A stretch of 64,000 nt of DNA from Hemiscyllium ocellatum (taxonomy: Eukaryota). Below the pieces are notes generated by a model that was not told the origin of the DNA, ran no database searches, and saw only the letters and a program-made list of their open reading frames with translations. The stretch is taken from NCBI RefSeq assembly GCF_020745735.1, contig NC_083435.1, forward strand, positions 26,597,231 to 26,661,230. Reading direction: 5' to 3'. Below are positions 1-12,200 of the stretch, one piece after another; within the stretch, counting starts at the first letter, position 1; every line of letters begins with the position of its first letter. Both the position numbers and the translations under genes were made by a program.

Positions 1-560
1 GACCATCAATAGCTTTACCATCACTGAATCCCACTATCAACCTCTGAGGGGTTACTATTAATCTGAACCTGAACTGGACTGAACATATAATACAGTGGCT
101 ACAAGGGCAAGTTAGAGGCAAAGCATACTGCAACATGCAACTCACCTCTGACTCACCAAAGCCAGTTCACCATCAAGAATGCACAATTCAGGAGTGTGAT
201 GTAATACTCCTGACTTACCTATATGTGTGGAATTCCAGCAACACTGATCAAGTTTGACACCATCCAAGACAATGCATTGACACCAGATTCATAACTAATT
301 AGCTACTCCGCAAGTGACACTCAGTAGCAGCAGTCCATACTGTTTACAAGATGCACTGTGAACCTTCAACACAACACTTAGACAATGCCCTCCACATCAA
401 TGTCCATGACCTCCCAGAAGGATAAGGGCAGCAGATACTGGGAAAACCACCATCTACATGATATCCTCCAAACTACTCACCATCCCAGCTTGGAAATATA
501 TCTCTATTCATCAGTGTCAGTGGGTCACAACCCTGGAATTCTCCATGAGTGTGGCCAGAG
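1..560 (+). mobile_element. Degenerate L2/Crack-type LINE 3' remnant (paralogous copies at the start of each unit)
   Basis: Frameshifted translation resembles the C-terminal RT region of a shark LINE (TINSFTITESP..., FDTIQD...); judged by eye. Boundaries approximate. Confidence 0.55.
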
Positions 561-1739
561 CCCACATTGGTCAGAGCCCTTGAAGATTCTGGCCACAGAA
601 ACTGACAGACAAATGCCTTACTCATATCAATCCAATGAGATGTATGATGGTGGCCCTGAGGCCGTACTGGGAGATTACCAGAGGTTACGGTTCATGGACC
701 AAACCTACAAAATCAATGAGTGTGATTTCCCTCTCCATCAGCTGATAACATGTGACAATTCCACCAGCTCCGCACACCATTGTGCAGAAGTTGCTGTTTG
801 AGAGAGTGGATGGAATTGTGCAGAAAATCCCACATACTTCTGTTTCCAGGTGAAGACCAACCATCCAACGTTCATGGTAACACCAACTGTTACACTAACA
901 GAATATTCAGCAAAAATGCCAGCCTGGCAATGAAAGACACCATCTCTGCACAGGTCTCCCATCAGAATACCCTGGACAGAGAACACTCCTGCCTGACATT
1001 TCTATAGGGCTTTCCTTTCCAGCGGAAGCACTGCCAAAGCTGCAGATACTGTGTGCACAGTTCATGAGCCACCTGGTGGGCTTAGTGAACAAAGGCCACA
1101 GGTGGATACAGTAAGGGAGTGTGGAGCAGCAACCACTGTAACTTTGTAAACAGTAACAATAACTAACTCACCTCTGCCTCACTGACATTCCATGATTTCC
1201 ACAGAAAGGTGTGGGATATCATTCAGGAATGTCCAGCAGGAATTCAGGCAGTACTATCTTTGAGACTGACCGCTGCTTTCCATCTCTACGCAATGATGAT
1301 GGGTTACCCTTTCAGTGTAAATGGGGTAATGTTTGAAGTAATGTTTGCAGCATTTGAAGCTGGATGTGAAAGCTAAACATTGGCAAAGTACTTACATCTC
1401 AGAGTGAGAGTCGTTGCCATAAAATGAGAACACCTGAACAAGTGAGGGAAATCACAGAAACAGAGGACGAATGACATTCAACCTTTTAACTCTGCTCCAC
1501 CATTCAAAATGATCATGGCTGATTGTCCAACTCAGGACCCTATTTCCATTTTTGCCCTATCCACTTTTATTCATTTCATCCTAAGAGCTGTACCTAACCT
1601 TTTCCTCCAAATATTTAGTGTGACAGAGGCTCACCACTCTCTGGATGAAGACATCTCTCCTCATCTCAGTTCAAAATGGCCTCCCTCACATCCTTAGACT
1701 GTGATCCATGGTGTGGACTCCTTGGTCATTGGGATGTAC

Positions 1740-2400
1740 CCTGCATTTACCCTATCTTGTCCTGGGTTTCCATGAGATCTCAGTCCTCAATCTTCTAACC
1801 CCTACTGCAAAACGTCCTAACCCATCCAATCTCTCTCATATGTCTGTCCTGGTATCCCTGGAATTGATCTGGTAAATGTTTGTTGCTCTCCCTCCATCAG
1901 CAGAATATCCTTCCTCTGATAACATGACCAAAACTGGATACAATATTCGCAGTGTGGTATCACCAAATGTCTGTACAATTGCAGCAAGACGTCGTTGCTC
2001 CTGCACTCAAACATTCTCACTATGAAGCTCAACACGTTTGTGTTCTTTATCGCCTGCCACATCTGCATGTTTACCTTCAGTGATGGCTGTAGAGCGTTTG
2101 TTCCACCTTCCTTTTTCCCAATTTATTGACATTCAAATAGGATCTGCCTTCCTGTTTTCACTGTTGAAGTACATAAGCTGAATTTTAACCACATTATCTT
2201 GCATCTGCCATGCATTTGCCCACTCATTCAACTTGTCCAAAATACACTGATACATATTTGCATCCTGCTCACAACTCAGCCTCCCTCCCAGCTTTGTGTC
2301 ATCTGCAAATTTGGAGGTATTACATGAAGTTTGTTCATCTAAATCATTAATGTAGTGAATCGTTGGGCTCCAAGCACTGATCACTGTGAAACCCCACACA
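1740..2400 (-). mobile_element. CR1-type LINE remnant (RT C-terminus)
   Basis: Minus-strand ORFs contain SKFADDTKLGG and LQLYRHLVIPHCEYCIQFWS. Boundaries approximate. Confidence 0.8.
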
Positions 2401-3411
2401 TCATTGACTACCACAAGGAAAATGAACATATATTCTTGCTTTCCAACTACCAATGGATTCTTGAAACAAACCCTCATCAAGACACACAGAACTTATTTAA
2501 AAATTAGTTTATAGCACTGACAGTTTTACACTGTCAGAAGTAAGCCAGAGGGAAACACCAATAATCATTGGAAATGAGAATATAGTTCTTCATAAAGGTT
2601 TATGTTAAAGTATACGGGTCAGACCAATTAGCATCATTCACAACTTTTCCTCATTCTTCATTCTTGAAAAGTGACAAAGGACAATTTAGGAACCCAACTC
2701 AGCAATGTCTGAAGGAGGAAGACAGGAACCTAGCCATTGCTGTACAATATGTGCTGCAGTGAAATATGTGAAACCACAGTAAAGGTGGACAAACTTATTC
2801 AAGCTGTAAGTTCACTCAGTGAAGCCAATTAAAGAGAATAAGAGTCTTTACTAAGATCAGCCTGAATTATTCAGAATGCCATGAGTAATCTTTGAAAAAC
2901 TATGAAGAGGACAGGATTAGTTTTAAAACCACAGACAGCTGGTTCCATTCAGTAGAGTCAGTATCAAGGGCACAAATTGTTTATTAGGCCACACAGCCAG
3001 ATTCCTCCATTTCTAACAATAAAGTTGGGAATGCTCCATTTTGGCTGCAAAAGCCCAGAAAAATCCTTCAATAACCAATACAGAAGACACATTGCTGGAT
3101 TGTAATACACTCCTGACTTGCGCGGAAAATATTTCGCTCTTAAAGTTTTCATTTGAGGTAATGGATTATGCTTCACCCAATCCTGATGTAATGAGGTCTT
3201 AGTTGAGATGATCTTGTGTCAGCACACTCGACGAAGCCGACTAAAACACAATTGAAACGGAGAAATGAGGCAGAAACCCAGATTCTGGTGACCAAGAGTT
3301 CACCGACCTCTCCAAACACCACCAGCAGCAACAAGGTTCCATCATAAAACACCTTGTTTGATGGTGAACAGGCCTTGCGGAGTAAGTATTGAGGTATTGA
3401 GGTGAATGAAA

Positions 3412-3728
3412 GTTTAGATTAGATTACTTACAGTGTGGAAACAGGCCCTTCGGCCCAACAAGCCCACACCGACCCGCCGAAGCGCAACCCACCCATACCC
3501 CTACATTTACCCCTTACTTGACACTACGGGCAATTTAGCATGGCCATTCACCTGACCCTCACATCTTTGGACTGTGGGAGGAAACCAGCGCACCTGGAGG
3601 AAATCCACGCAGACATGGGGAGAACGTGCAAACTCCACTCAGTCAGTCACCTGAGTCGGGAATTGAACCCGGATCTCAGGCGCTGTGAGGCAGCTGTGCT
3701 AACCACTGTGACACCGTGCCGCCCACTA
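3412..3728 (-). mobile_element. tRNA-derived SINE (HE1-like V-SINE)
   Basis: Minus strand starts GGGCGGCACGGTG...CAGTGGTTAGCAC, has a B box GGTTCAATTCC (3659-3669) and ends in an (AATCT)n tail. Empty site at ~4863 and in unit D (~46555). Confidence 0.85.
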
Positions 3729-4699
3729 TGTTGAGATTCGGTCTTGTTGAAGATGGTCATTGCCTGGTACTTGTTTGGCATCAATGTGATTTCCCACCTG
3801 CTAGCCCAACTTTGTATCATGTGTCATACTATGTAAATACATGGACTGATTCAGTGTCTGACGTCTCACACTGAAAAATATCCAACCATCAGTGAACATC
3901 TTGACTTCTCACCTAAGGATGTAGTGAAGGTTATGGATGAAGGAGTTGAAAATCTTTGGACCTAACACCGTTTCGTGAGGAACACATGCAGTGCTGTCCT
4001 GTGTCCGAGATTGCTGTACCTGAACAGTTTCACTGGGGGCCCATAACGCCAAGGAATTTGTTAGGGCCCACAGTCTTTGCTATATCCCTAGGCGTTAACT
4101 GTACACCAGGTCTAGCAGGATTTGGAGGCAAATTCAGGAAGCCCATTTCCACACGGAATACTTTGTTTTATTCATCGAATGTGGACATCATTGACTAGGC
4201 AGCAATTTATTGCGCAGTCCTATTTCTCCAGAAGATAATTGCTGTGGGATCTGGAGTCACTTGTAGGCCCAGACCAGATAAAGACAGGAGATTTTCTTGC
4301 ACAAAAGGACATCAATGACCTTGATGGTTTTACAGCTATCCTCATTGGGTACATGTCCACCACGAGACTAGCTTTCAGTTCCAAGTTGTTTCTTTATTGA
4401 ATTCAAACCTCACTGTCTGCCATGAGGGGAATATATTTCGCTCTTAAAGTTTTCATTTGGGGTAATGGATTATGCTTCATCCAATCCGATGATGAAATGA
4501 GGTCTTCGTTGAGACGATCTTCTGTCAGCACACTCGACAAAGCCGACTAAAACACAACTGAAACGGACAAATGAGGCAGTAAACCCAGATTCTGGTGACC
4601 AAGAGTTCACCGACCTCTCCAAACACTGCCAGCAGCAACAAGGTTCCATCATAAAACACCTTGTTGATGGTGAACAGGCCTTGCGGAGCCAGGAGTTGA

Positions 4700-5260
4700 A
4701 CTACTTACTGCTGAATCCCCACTCTCTCATCAACTGTTAAAATCACAGTGTTAATACTGCTGGTCACATTCAGGTTCTGGTCAGTGGAATACAACTTAAT
4801 ATTGATGGTGGGAGATTCAATGATGGTAAAGTCTTTGAATGTCAAAGTATTGAGGTGAATGAAAGATGTTGAGATTCGGTCTTGTTGAAGATGGTCATTG
4901 CCTGGTACTTGTTTGGCATGAATGTGATTTCCCACCTGTTAGCCCAAATTTGTATCATGCTATGTAATTACATGGACTGATTCAGTGTCTGAGGTCTCAC
5001 ACTGAAAAATACCCAACCATCAGTGAACATCGTGACTTCTGACCTAAGGATGTAGTGAAGGTTATTGATGAAGGAGTTGAAAATCTTTGGACCTAACACC
5101 GTTTCATGAGGAACACATGCAGTGCTGTCCTGTGTCTGAGATTGCTGTACCTGAACAGTTTCACTGGGGGCACATAACGCCAAGGAATTTGTTAGGGCCC
5201 ACAGTCTTTGCTATATCCCTAGGTGTTAACTGAACACCAGGTCTGGCAGGATTTGGAGGC
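4700..5260 (-). mobile_element. L2/Crack-type LINE remnant (RT)
   Basis: Degenerate VP..TVLGPKIFNSFINNL..MFTD motif. Paralogs at ~3730-4130, 33170-33560 and 46390-46950. Confidence 0.6.
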
Positions 5261-5900
5261 AGATTCAGGAAGCCCATTTCCTCTCTTTGTTTTATTCATC
5301 GAATGTGGACATCATTGACTAGGCAGCAATTTATTGCCCAGTCCTATTTCTCCAGAAGATAATTGCTGTGGGATCTGGAGTCACTTGTAGGCCCAGACCA
5401 GATAAAGACAGGAGATTTCCTTGTACAAAAGGTCATGAATGAACTCAATGGTTTTACAGCTATCCTCATTGGGTACATGCTCAACACAAGACTAGCTTTC
5501 AGTTCCAGGTTGTTTTTTATTTGAATTCAAACCTCACTGTCTGCCATGAGGGGATGTGAACCCATGTCCCCAGACTATTAGCTGAGGGGATTCCCAGCCC
5601 AGTGACATCACCACAATCTCACCATCTTCCCTCACATCAAGAATCCATCTAAACATATCTTCTCTAAAGGTCTGTGAATGTTGGGATAATTTCAAAAGTA
5701 TCATCAGAGATGATTGCATTTTTGGAGACTGAGGTTTGTCTGATATTTTGGCGATTGAAGGAGGTGAAACTGGAGTTAAAAATCAACATTGGGTGGTGTA
5801 GCAGCATCGAGGGTCTGAACGGTGTCTGTCCCAAAAATGAATTGCAGCTCAGCTCATTCTCCCAGCAACTGGAGATGACAGTGGAAGTGTTTCTGTGATT

Positions 5901-6016
5901 GGAAAGTCCCAATCCTGGGCGGAGTTATGCAACCTGTTTGTTGTCTATTCTGCCGGAGACTGGTGACTCACGGAGTCGTTTTATTGTGATTGGATCGATG
6001 ATAGTTTGGGACCAAT
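5901..6016 (+). promoter_or_regulatory. Gene 1 proximal promoter: kB site, GC box, SXY module and CCAAT
   Basis: GGAAAGTCCC 5901-5910 (reverse complement of canonical GGGACTTTCC); GGGCGG; S box CAACCT 5930-5935; X1-like GCCGGAGACTGG 5952-5963; X2 TGACTCA 5964-5970; Y ATTGG 5989-5993; CCAATCAG from 6012. Confidence 0.8.
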
Positions 6017-6198
6017 CAGTGTGAAGGTGTCTCGGTGGAGAGGGGCAGTAACAGGAACTGACGCAAAATGCTGAAAAATCTGTTGGGAGAGATATTGAAG
6101 ACTCTTCAGAACAGTTTAATATCATTCTCGAATACACTCAGACTGAGACAGTCCGCTGGAAAATAATTTATCCTCCCAGACTGTCTACTGAAGTCACG

Positions 6199-6247
6199 AT
6201 GATTGGACTGATAGTGCTGGGGCTTCTATGGGGAGAGCTCTCTGCAG
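6199..6247 (+). CDS. Gene 1 exon 1, leader peptide MIGLIVLGLLWGELSA
   Basis: ATG, hydrophobic core, small-residue cleavage site, donor G|GTTAGT; conserved in all four units. Confidence 0.85.
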
Positions 6248-9200
6248 GTTAGTAATGGGGGTGTGAGAGAGGGGTAGAGCCAGGCTGGGAACTGGGGCAT
6301 TAACCTTTGTTCATGTTACCGTCAGAATGATTTATAGGGAAATATTTATCTGTTTCATGTTTAAATGTCAGTGAATCCACTGTTTCAAATGATTTAGGTT
6401 CGTACGAGATTTAACCATAAGGCCAAAAGATCTGTATTTGCGAAATTCAAAAGATATGTGAATATTACAGGGTGGAAAGTAAAAATGTGAAATTGGTAGA
6501 CTTTTTTTTCAAAAGTATAGAGAAAGAAGTTAACAACATCATGTGATGAAGCTGAAGTGAATTGTGAAATTCTCTCCAGTGCTGGAGAAAAGGTGAACAA
6601 AATGATTCATGATTCAGGAATTCATGCCCTGATTTTTATGTGTTTCAGAAACTCACTCTCTCCGGTATTTTATCACTGGTATGACTCCGATTCCCAATTT
6701 CCCAGAGTTTGTGATTGTTGGTTATGTGGACGGGGTCCAGTTTGCTATGTATGACAGCAATCGCAATGATATAATCCCCCGGGAACAGTGGATGGTGGAC
6801 AGCGAGGGACCTGAGACCTGGAAGCGGAAACTTTCCCTCGCTCAGGAGCGAGAAGACATTGCCAAACTGCATATTCCGATATTTATGTCACGGACCAACC
6901 AGACAGGGGGTGAGTGCTCACTGTTCCACAGAATGACATCTTCCTGTGCATTTGAGGAGTCTGGGTGGGAATGGGTGAAATTAGGAGTGAATCTGAGTTC
7001 CAGAGACTGACCGACTGGCTGTGGGAATGGTTGGAGGGGACACCAACTGTCTCAGATCAGCAACTTGTGTTTCTGATTGACAGGGATCCACATTTACCAG
7101 ATGATGACTGGCTGTGACCTGAGGGATGATGGGACTGTGAGCGGGTTCAACCTCAGAGGATGGGACGGGCAAGATTTGATCAGCTTCGATAAGGACCACA
7201 TGGTATGGATGACTCCAGTCCCCTGGGCGGAAAGCATCAAAAACAGATGGGACCAGGATGTGGTGGATAATCAGAGGTGGAAGCATTACCTGGAAGTGGA
7301 GTGCATCGAGTGGCTGAGGAAATACCTGGAGTATGGACAGAAGGAACTGAGAGTCGGTGAGTGAGTGAGAGGTGTTGTGGTGAAAGATGTCTGGACCTTT
7401 CTCTCTTTATGTTCCTGCACTGACTCCTCTTCCTCTCTCCCTCAGTTGCCCCCATTGTGTCCTTTATCCGTCTGGGTGATTCTAACCGGCTGTCCTGTCT
7501 CGTCACTGGGTTTTACCCACGAGCCATTGAGGTGACTCTTTGGAGGGACGGAGTGTTGATCGGTGAGACCCTGTCCACAGGGATCTTACCCAATCACGAT
7601 TGGACTTACCAGATCCGGAAATGGATAGAGTTTGATCCGGAGGATCAGGCTGAGTATTCCTGTCAGGTGGAGCACAGCGGGCTGGAGGAGAAGCTGGTGG
7701 TGATTTATGGTAAGACTGATTCTCTTGGTGAGAGAGGAATCGGACTCAGACCCGGATCACAAGAGAGAGAACCAGCTGAGCTGCTTCAGCAGGACGCTCC
7801 AGGGTAGAGAGAGAGACATTCATATGAACTGTCAGTGTGTCACAGTGCTCACATCAGTTGTAGAGGATGGTAAAATTAAGGCAGTGAATCAGGGACAGTT
7901 TGCCAGTGTATCTTGGTGTGTAATGCTGCCCAGCATCTTAATATCCAGGATCATTAAGGACTAAAGTATTAGTATATCATCTGATATGTGTGTGACAGAA
8001 CCAGCTATGTCCATTCAGTTCACCATATTTCCTGAGCACTCTTCAAGTCCATGGACACTTTAATCTCAAAGGACAAGGGCAGTAGATACTTGGGAACACC
8101 AGCTCCTGCAAGCTCCCCTCCAAGCTACTCAGCATCCTGACTTGGAATTACATTGTGGGTCCATCTACAACACATAAGCTGCATTGGCCTGAGAAGGCAG
8201 CTCACCACCACCTTCTGTCGAGCAATTCGGGAATGACTGTAAAGACTGGCCCAGGCATTGACACCCATATCCCTGTGAATTAAAAAAGAGAAACAGATCC
8301 TGAGATGTTTTATTATGAGACAGTCTAGTGAATCCAGGGATAATAATGTCCAATAGGATCCATGTATCCTGATATTTAAGCATGGCAGTATGCAGTGTAT
8401 CCTGGAATTGTAGCCCAGTCTATTTAACATTATTTCTTGATGATCTTTGTCCAACTCCGTGTAACAATGAATAGTCAGCATGAATTTTGAGGGAGAATAT
8501 TGTGTTTGACCAACTCCATTGAATATTTTCATGAAGTAACAGAGGGTACACAGTAGTAATGTTGCACATGTACTGTTGCAAAGTTTTCAAAAAGCCTTTG
8601 ATCAGATACTCCCATACTGGAAACGTTTAGAGAATGTGAGGTCAGTGGAAATGTGGTAAATGGATTGTTAGCTGCTTTGCAGACAGGAAACAGAGACTGG
8701 GGGAAAAGGGTTAGTTAGTCAGAGTGTCAGAATGTGGGAAGTGGTGTTCTGCAAAGAAACACTTCCCTTCACATTTACAATATTGATTTGGACTTTGAAA
8801 TTATGGAATCACAGAATTGTTCTAAAGAAGGCTCTTCAGCCCATCATGCCCTGACTGTCTCTCTGAGCATTACCACTCAGTGCTATTCTCCTGCCTTCTC
8901 CCCATCACCCTGAATATGATTTTATTTAAATGTAAATTTAGAATTTAAATTATATACAGCAGCACTAAGCAGTCTAGAGACCAATACAGGAATACCAGGT
9001 AGTCCCAAGGGAGGAGAGAAACATTTCAAGATATTCTAACCAAGAGCAGAGATGAGCTTTGGACACTCCTGTGTGATAGGAGACAGGAGATGCAAAATCC
9101 CAACGTGAGGTGTCTTATGCACCGGACAGCCTGGTTGTGTCTATGACATCACATTAGTCATTGATTCTGGTGATCAAAAACAATTGTCTCCAAAGAAAAA

Positions 9201-12200
9201 CATTCTCGCTTGTCCAACTACTCCTCATAATTCAGTCCCTTGTATCATGGAAACGTCCTTCTGCACTGTTTCCAGTTTAATAACATCCTTTCTATTAGTA
9301 AGGTGACCAAAACCCAATATTCCAAGTGCTGCCTCACCAACGTCCTGTGCAACTGCACATAATTTCCCAACTATACTCAGTGCCCTGACTGATGAAGACT
9401 GGTGTGCTAAAAGCTGCCTTCACTGTTCTGTCTACCCGTGACTCCATTTTCCGAGAACTGTGCACCAGAACTCCAAGGTCTCTCTGTTCCACAATAGTCC
9501 TTAAGGCCCTACCATTCACTTTGATACCCCAACCTTGATTTGACTTTCCAAATCACAAGACCTCACACTTTTCTGCATTAAACTCCACTTTCCACTTCCC
9601 CAGCTGATCAAGGTCCTGCTGCAATTTTTGATAACCTTCCTAACTGTCCACGATACCACCCATTTTAGTGTCATCTGCAAACGTACTAATCATACCTTGT
9701 ACGTTCTCATCCAAATCATTGATATCGGTAACAAACAGCAATGGGCCCAGCACTGACCCCTGAGGCACACCATTAGTCTCAGGCCTCCAGTCCGACAAAC
9801 ATCCTTCCATTATTACCCTTTGCTTCCTGCCATCAAGCCAGTTGTGTCTCCAATTTGCCAGCTTCCCCTGAATTCCATGTGATCTAACCTTCCAGGGCAG
9901 CCTACCGTTTGGAACCTTTTTAAAGGCCTTACTGAAATCCATTTAGATTATGTTACTCGTCACTTCAACAAAGAATTCTGTGAGGTATTTGTGAGGTAAG
10001 ATCTCCTACGCACAAAGCCATGCAGAGTATTCCTAATCAAACCCTGTCTTTCCAAATATATGTATTATATCTCTCCGAACCCTCTCAAGTAACTTACCTA
10101 CCACAGATATTAGGCTTACTGGTCCATCGTTCCCAGGATTTTTTTGCAGCCCGACACAATATTCCAACTACCAGGACCTCACCCGAGGCTAACGGTTAGA
10201 AAGGAAATTTCTTGACAAAAAACCCGAGGATAGACTTTAATCTTGAGAGGGAGATTTAGCCTATCTACCTCACCTTCAATTCTATCTTGAAGTTTGGTTA
10301 GACCACATGTCGAGAACTGCAGGCAGTTCTAGTTGCCATGTGATGTAAAGGATATTGAGGCACTGGAGAGGGTGCTGAGAAGATATACAATGTCAATATC
10401 AGAAATGTGTGAGTGTATGTATCAGGAAAGGATTGAGAGGCTCGATGTTTTCTCTCTTGAAAAATGGAGCCCAAACAGAGATCTTTACAAGGATGAATCA
10501 TTTTAAAAGAGTGGGTGCAGAGACAGTGTTTGGGGAAGATCACAACTAAGGACCATCAACACAAGGCAGTCACCAAATATTCCACAAGGAATTCCAGAGA
10601 AATATCTGCAGTCGGAGCATTAGGAGAATATGAAGCTCGCTGCTGCAGGGAGTGAGTTTGTCAGGATGTATTTAAGGGGAGTTTAGAAAGGAATAGGGAG
10701 TGATGGTAACAGATGTAGATGAGGAAGGATGAGATGAGCAGCTTCACGTGACTAAATACAAGTGTATGCTGATTGGATCAAATTGACTCACTGTATGCCA
10801 TGTATCCTACATAAGGCCGATTTTTTTTTTTGTTTTTAAAAACATTTTTTGTCTCTTTTTCTCTCTTCCTGCTTCACTTGTTTCTCTGTCTATCTCACAC
10901 CTCTCTTTCTTTCTCTCTCCCCCCCTCTCTCTCTCTCTCTCTCTCCCCCTCTCTCTGGCAGTCCCAAAGTCTCACTCCCAGGTTCGTGTTATTGTCGGGA
11001 TTGTATTTGGACTCCTGGGGATCATCTCTCTCGCTGTTGTGGCTGTCGTCATGCACAAGAAGAAAGGTAGGAGTTTGTAAGAAAATGGTGGCTCCTCACT
11101 GGCAGTTCAGGGAATTAGAGAGTCTGGAAGCATATGGCCAGATGGTAGTGAAGGAAAAAGGAATATTGTGAGCTGTTTTGGGCCCTACATCTAAGGAAGG
11201 ATGTGCTGGTGTTGGAGGGAGCCCAGAGGAGATTTACAAGAATTATCTCAGGGATGAAGAGCTTGTCATATGAGGAGCTGTTGAGGACTGTGTGTGTACT
11301 GGATGGAGTTTAAAATATCGAGGGCAAATCTCATTGAAAATTACACATTACTGAGAGGCCTGGCCAGAGTGGATGTGGAGAAGATGTAGGAGACACAAGG
11401 ACCCAAGGGAACAGCCTCAGTGTGACAGCATGACCTTTTAGATCTGAGGAGGAATTTCCTCAGCCAGATGGTGGTGACTCTGTGGAACCCTCTGTTTCCA
11501 TACTGTACATCTCGATGACTCTATAAGACCTTAGAGGCCAAGACATTGAGTGTCTTTAAGACAGAGATAGATAGACAGATTTTTGATTGGTAAAGGGCTC
11601 AAGGGTTACGGTGAGAAGGCAGGAGAACGAGGTTGAGAAATACATCAACCACGATCGAATGGTGGATCACACCCGATGAGATGAATGGCCTAATTCTGCT
11701 CCTATATCTTGTAGTCTCCAGTTCATTGTTTGGGTTCAGAAGGCTTGTGAGGAAGCTCTGTGTTTGGGAGTCAGTCTCAGGGTTAGTGATGGCTCAGGCA
11801 GTGGGGAGAGGCCCTCCATTTGTGAAGGACGGTCAGAGATATGGTGCCCTGTTCCTCACGTTAGGCTGGAATGTCTGAGGGGTGAATGTCTCACATTGTG
11901 AGTGTCAGGTCAGACAGTTCAGACTCAGGCTGGCTCTGAGTTCACTGTTGGGCATCAGCAGCTCAGGGCAATGTGGGTCGGAGAGGCTGACTCTGGATGG
12001 GAGTGAGGGTCTTCAGCATTTCCTCTGATTTCCTGACAGTATGTCAAACTGACTGAACATTCCTTGTTTTACAGGGGGAATGAAGAGCGGCTACAATCCC
12101 ACAAACAGTAAGTTGATAACTCAAACATCTCACTCCTGTTCTCGCTCTCACTCATTTCTCTTCCTCATGCTTTCTTTCTTGTGAATTTCTCTCTAACACT

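Noticed and set aside
385-1092. ORFs recurring with similar protein sequence in every unit (385-801, 29687-30058, 43128-43544 and others)
   Set aside because: They overlap LINE remnants, have no recognisable domain, and break at different places between units. Recurrence is explained by the duplication.
3630-3728. tRNA gene
   Set aside because: The tRNA-like head continues into a SINE body and tail and is absent from paralogous empty sites.
5880-5900. ISRE next to the kB site
   Set aside because: Only a single GAAA half-site (GTTTC(G/T)GT) is present, with no TTTCNNTTTC match. A weaker CTTTCAGTTCC lies inside repeat-derived sequence.
6649-7356. Calling the genes classical UAA
   Set aside because: Y59, T143 and Y/F123 equivalents are absent and the genes are multicopy with pseudogenes. 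Lineage and gene symbol are left unassigned pending phylogeny.
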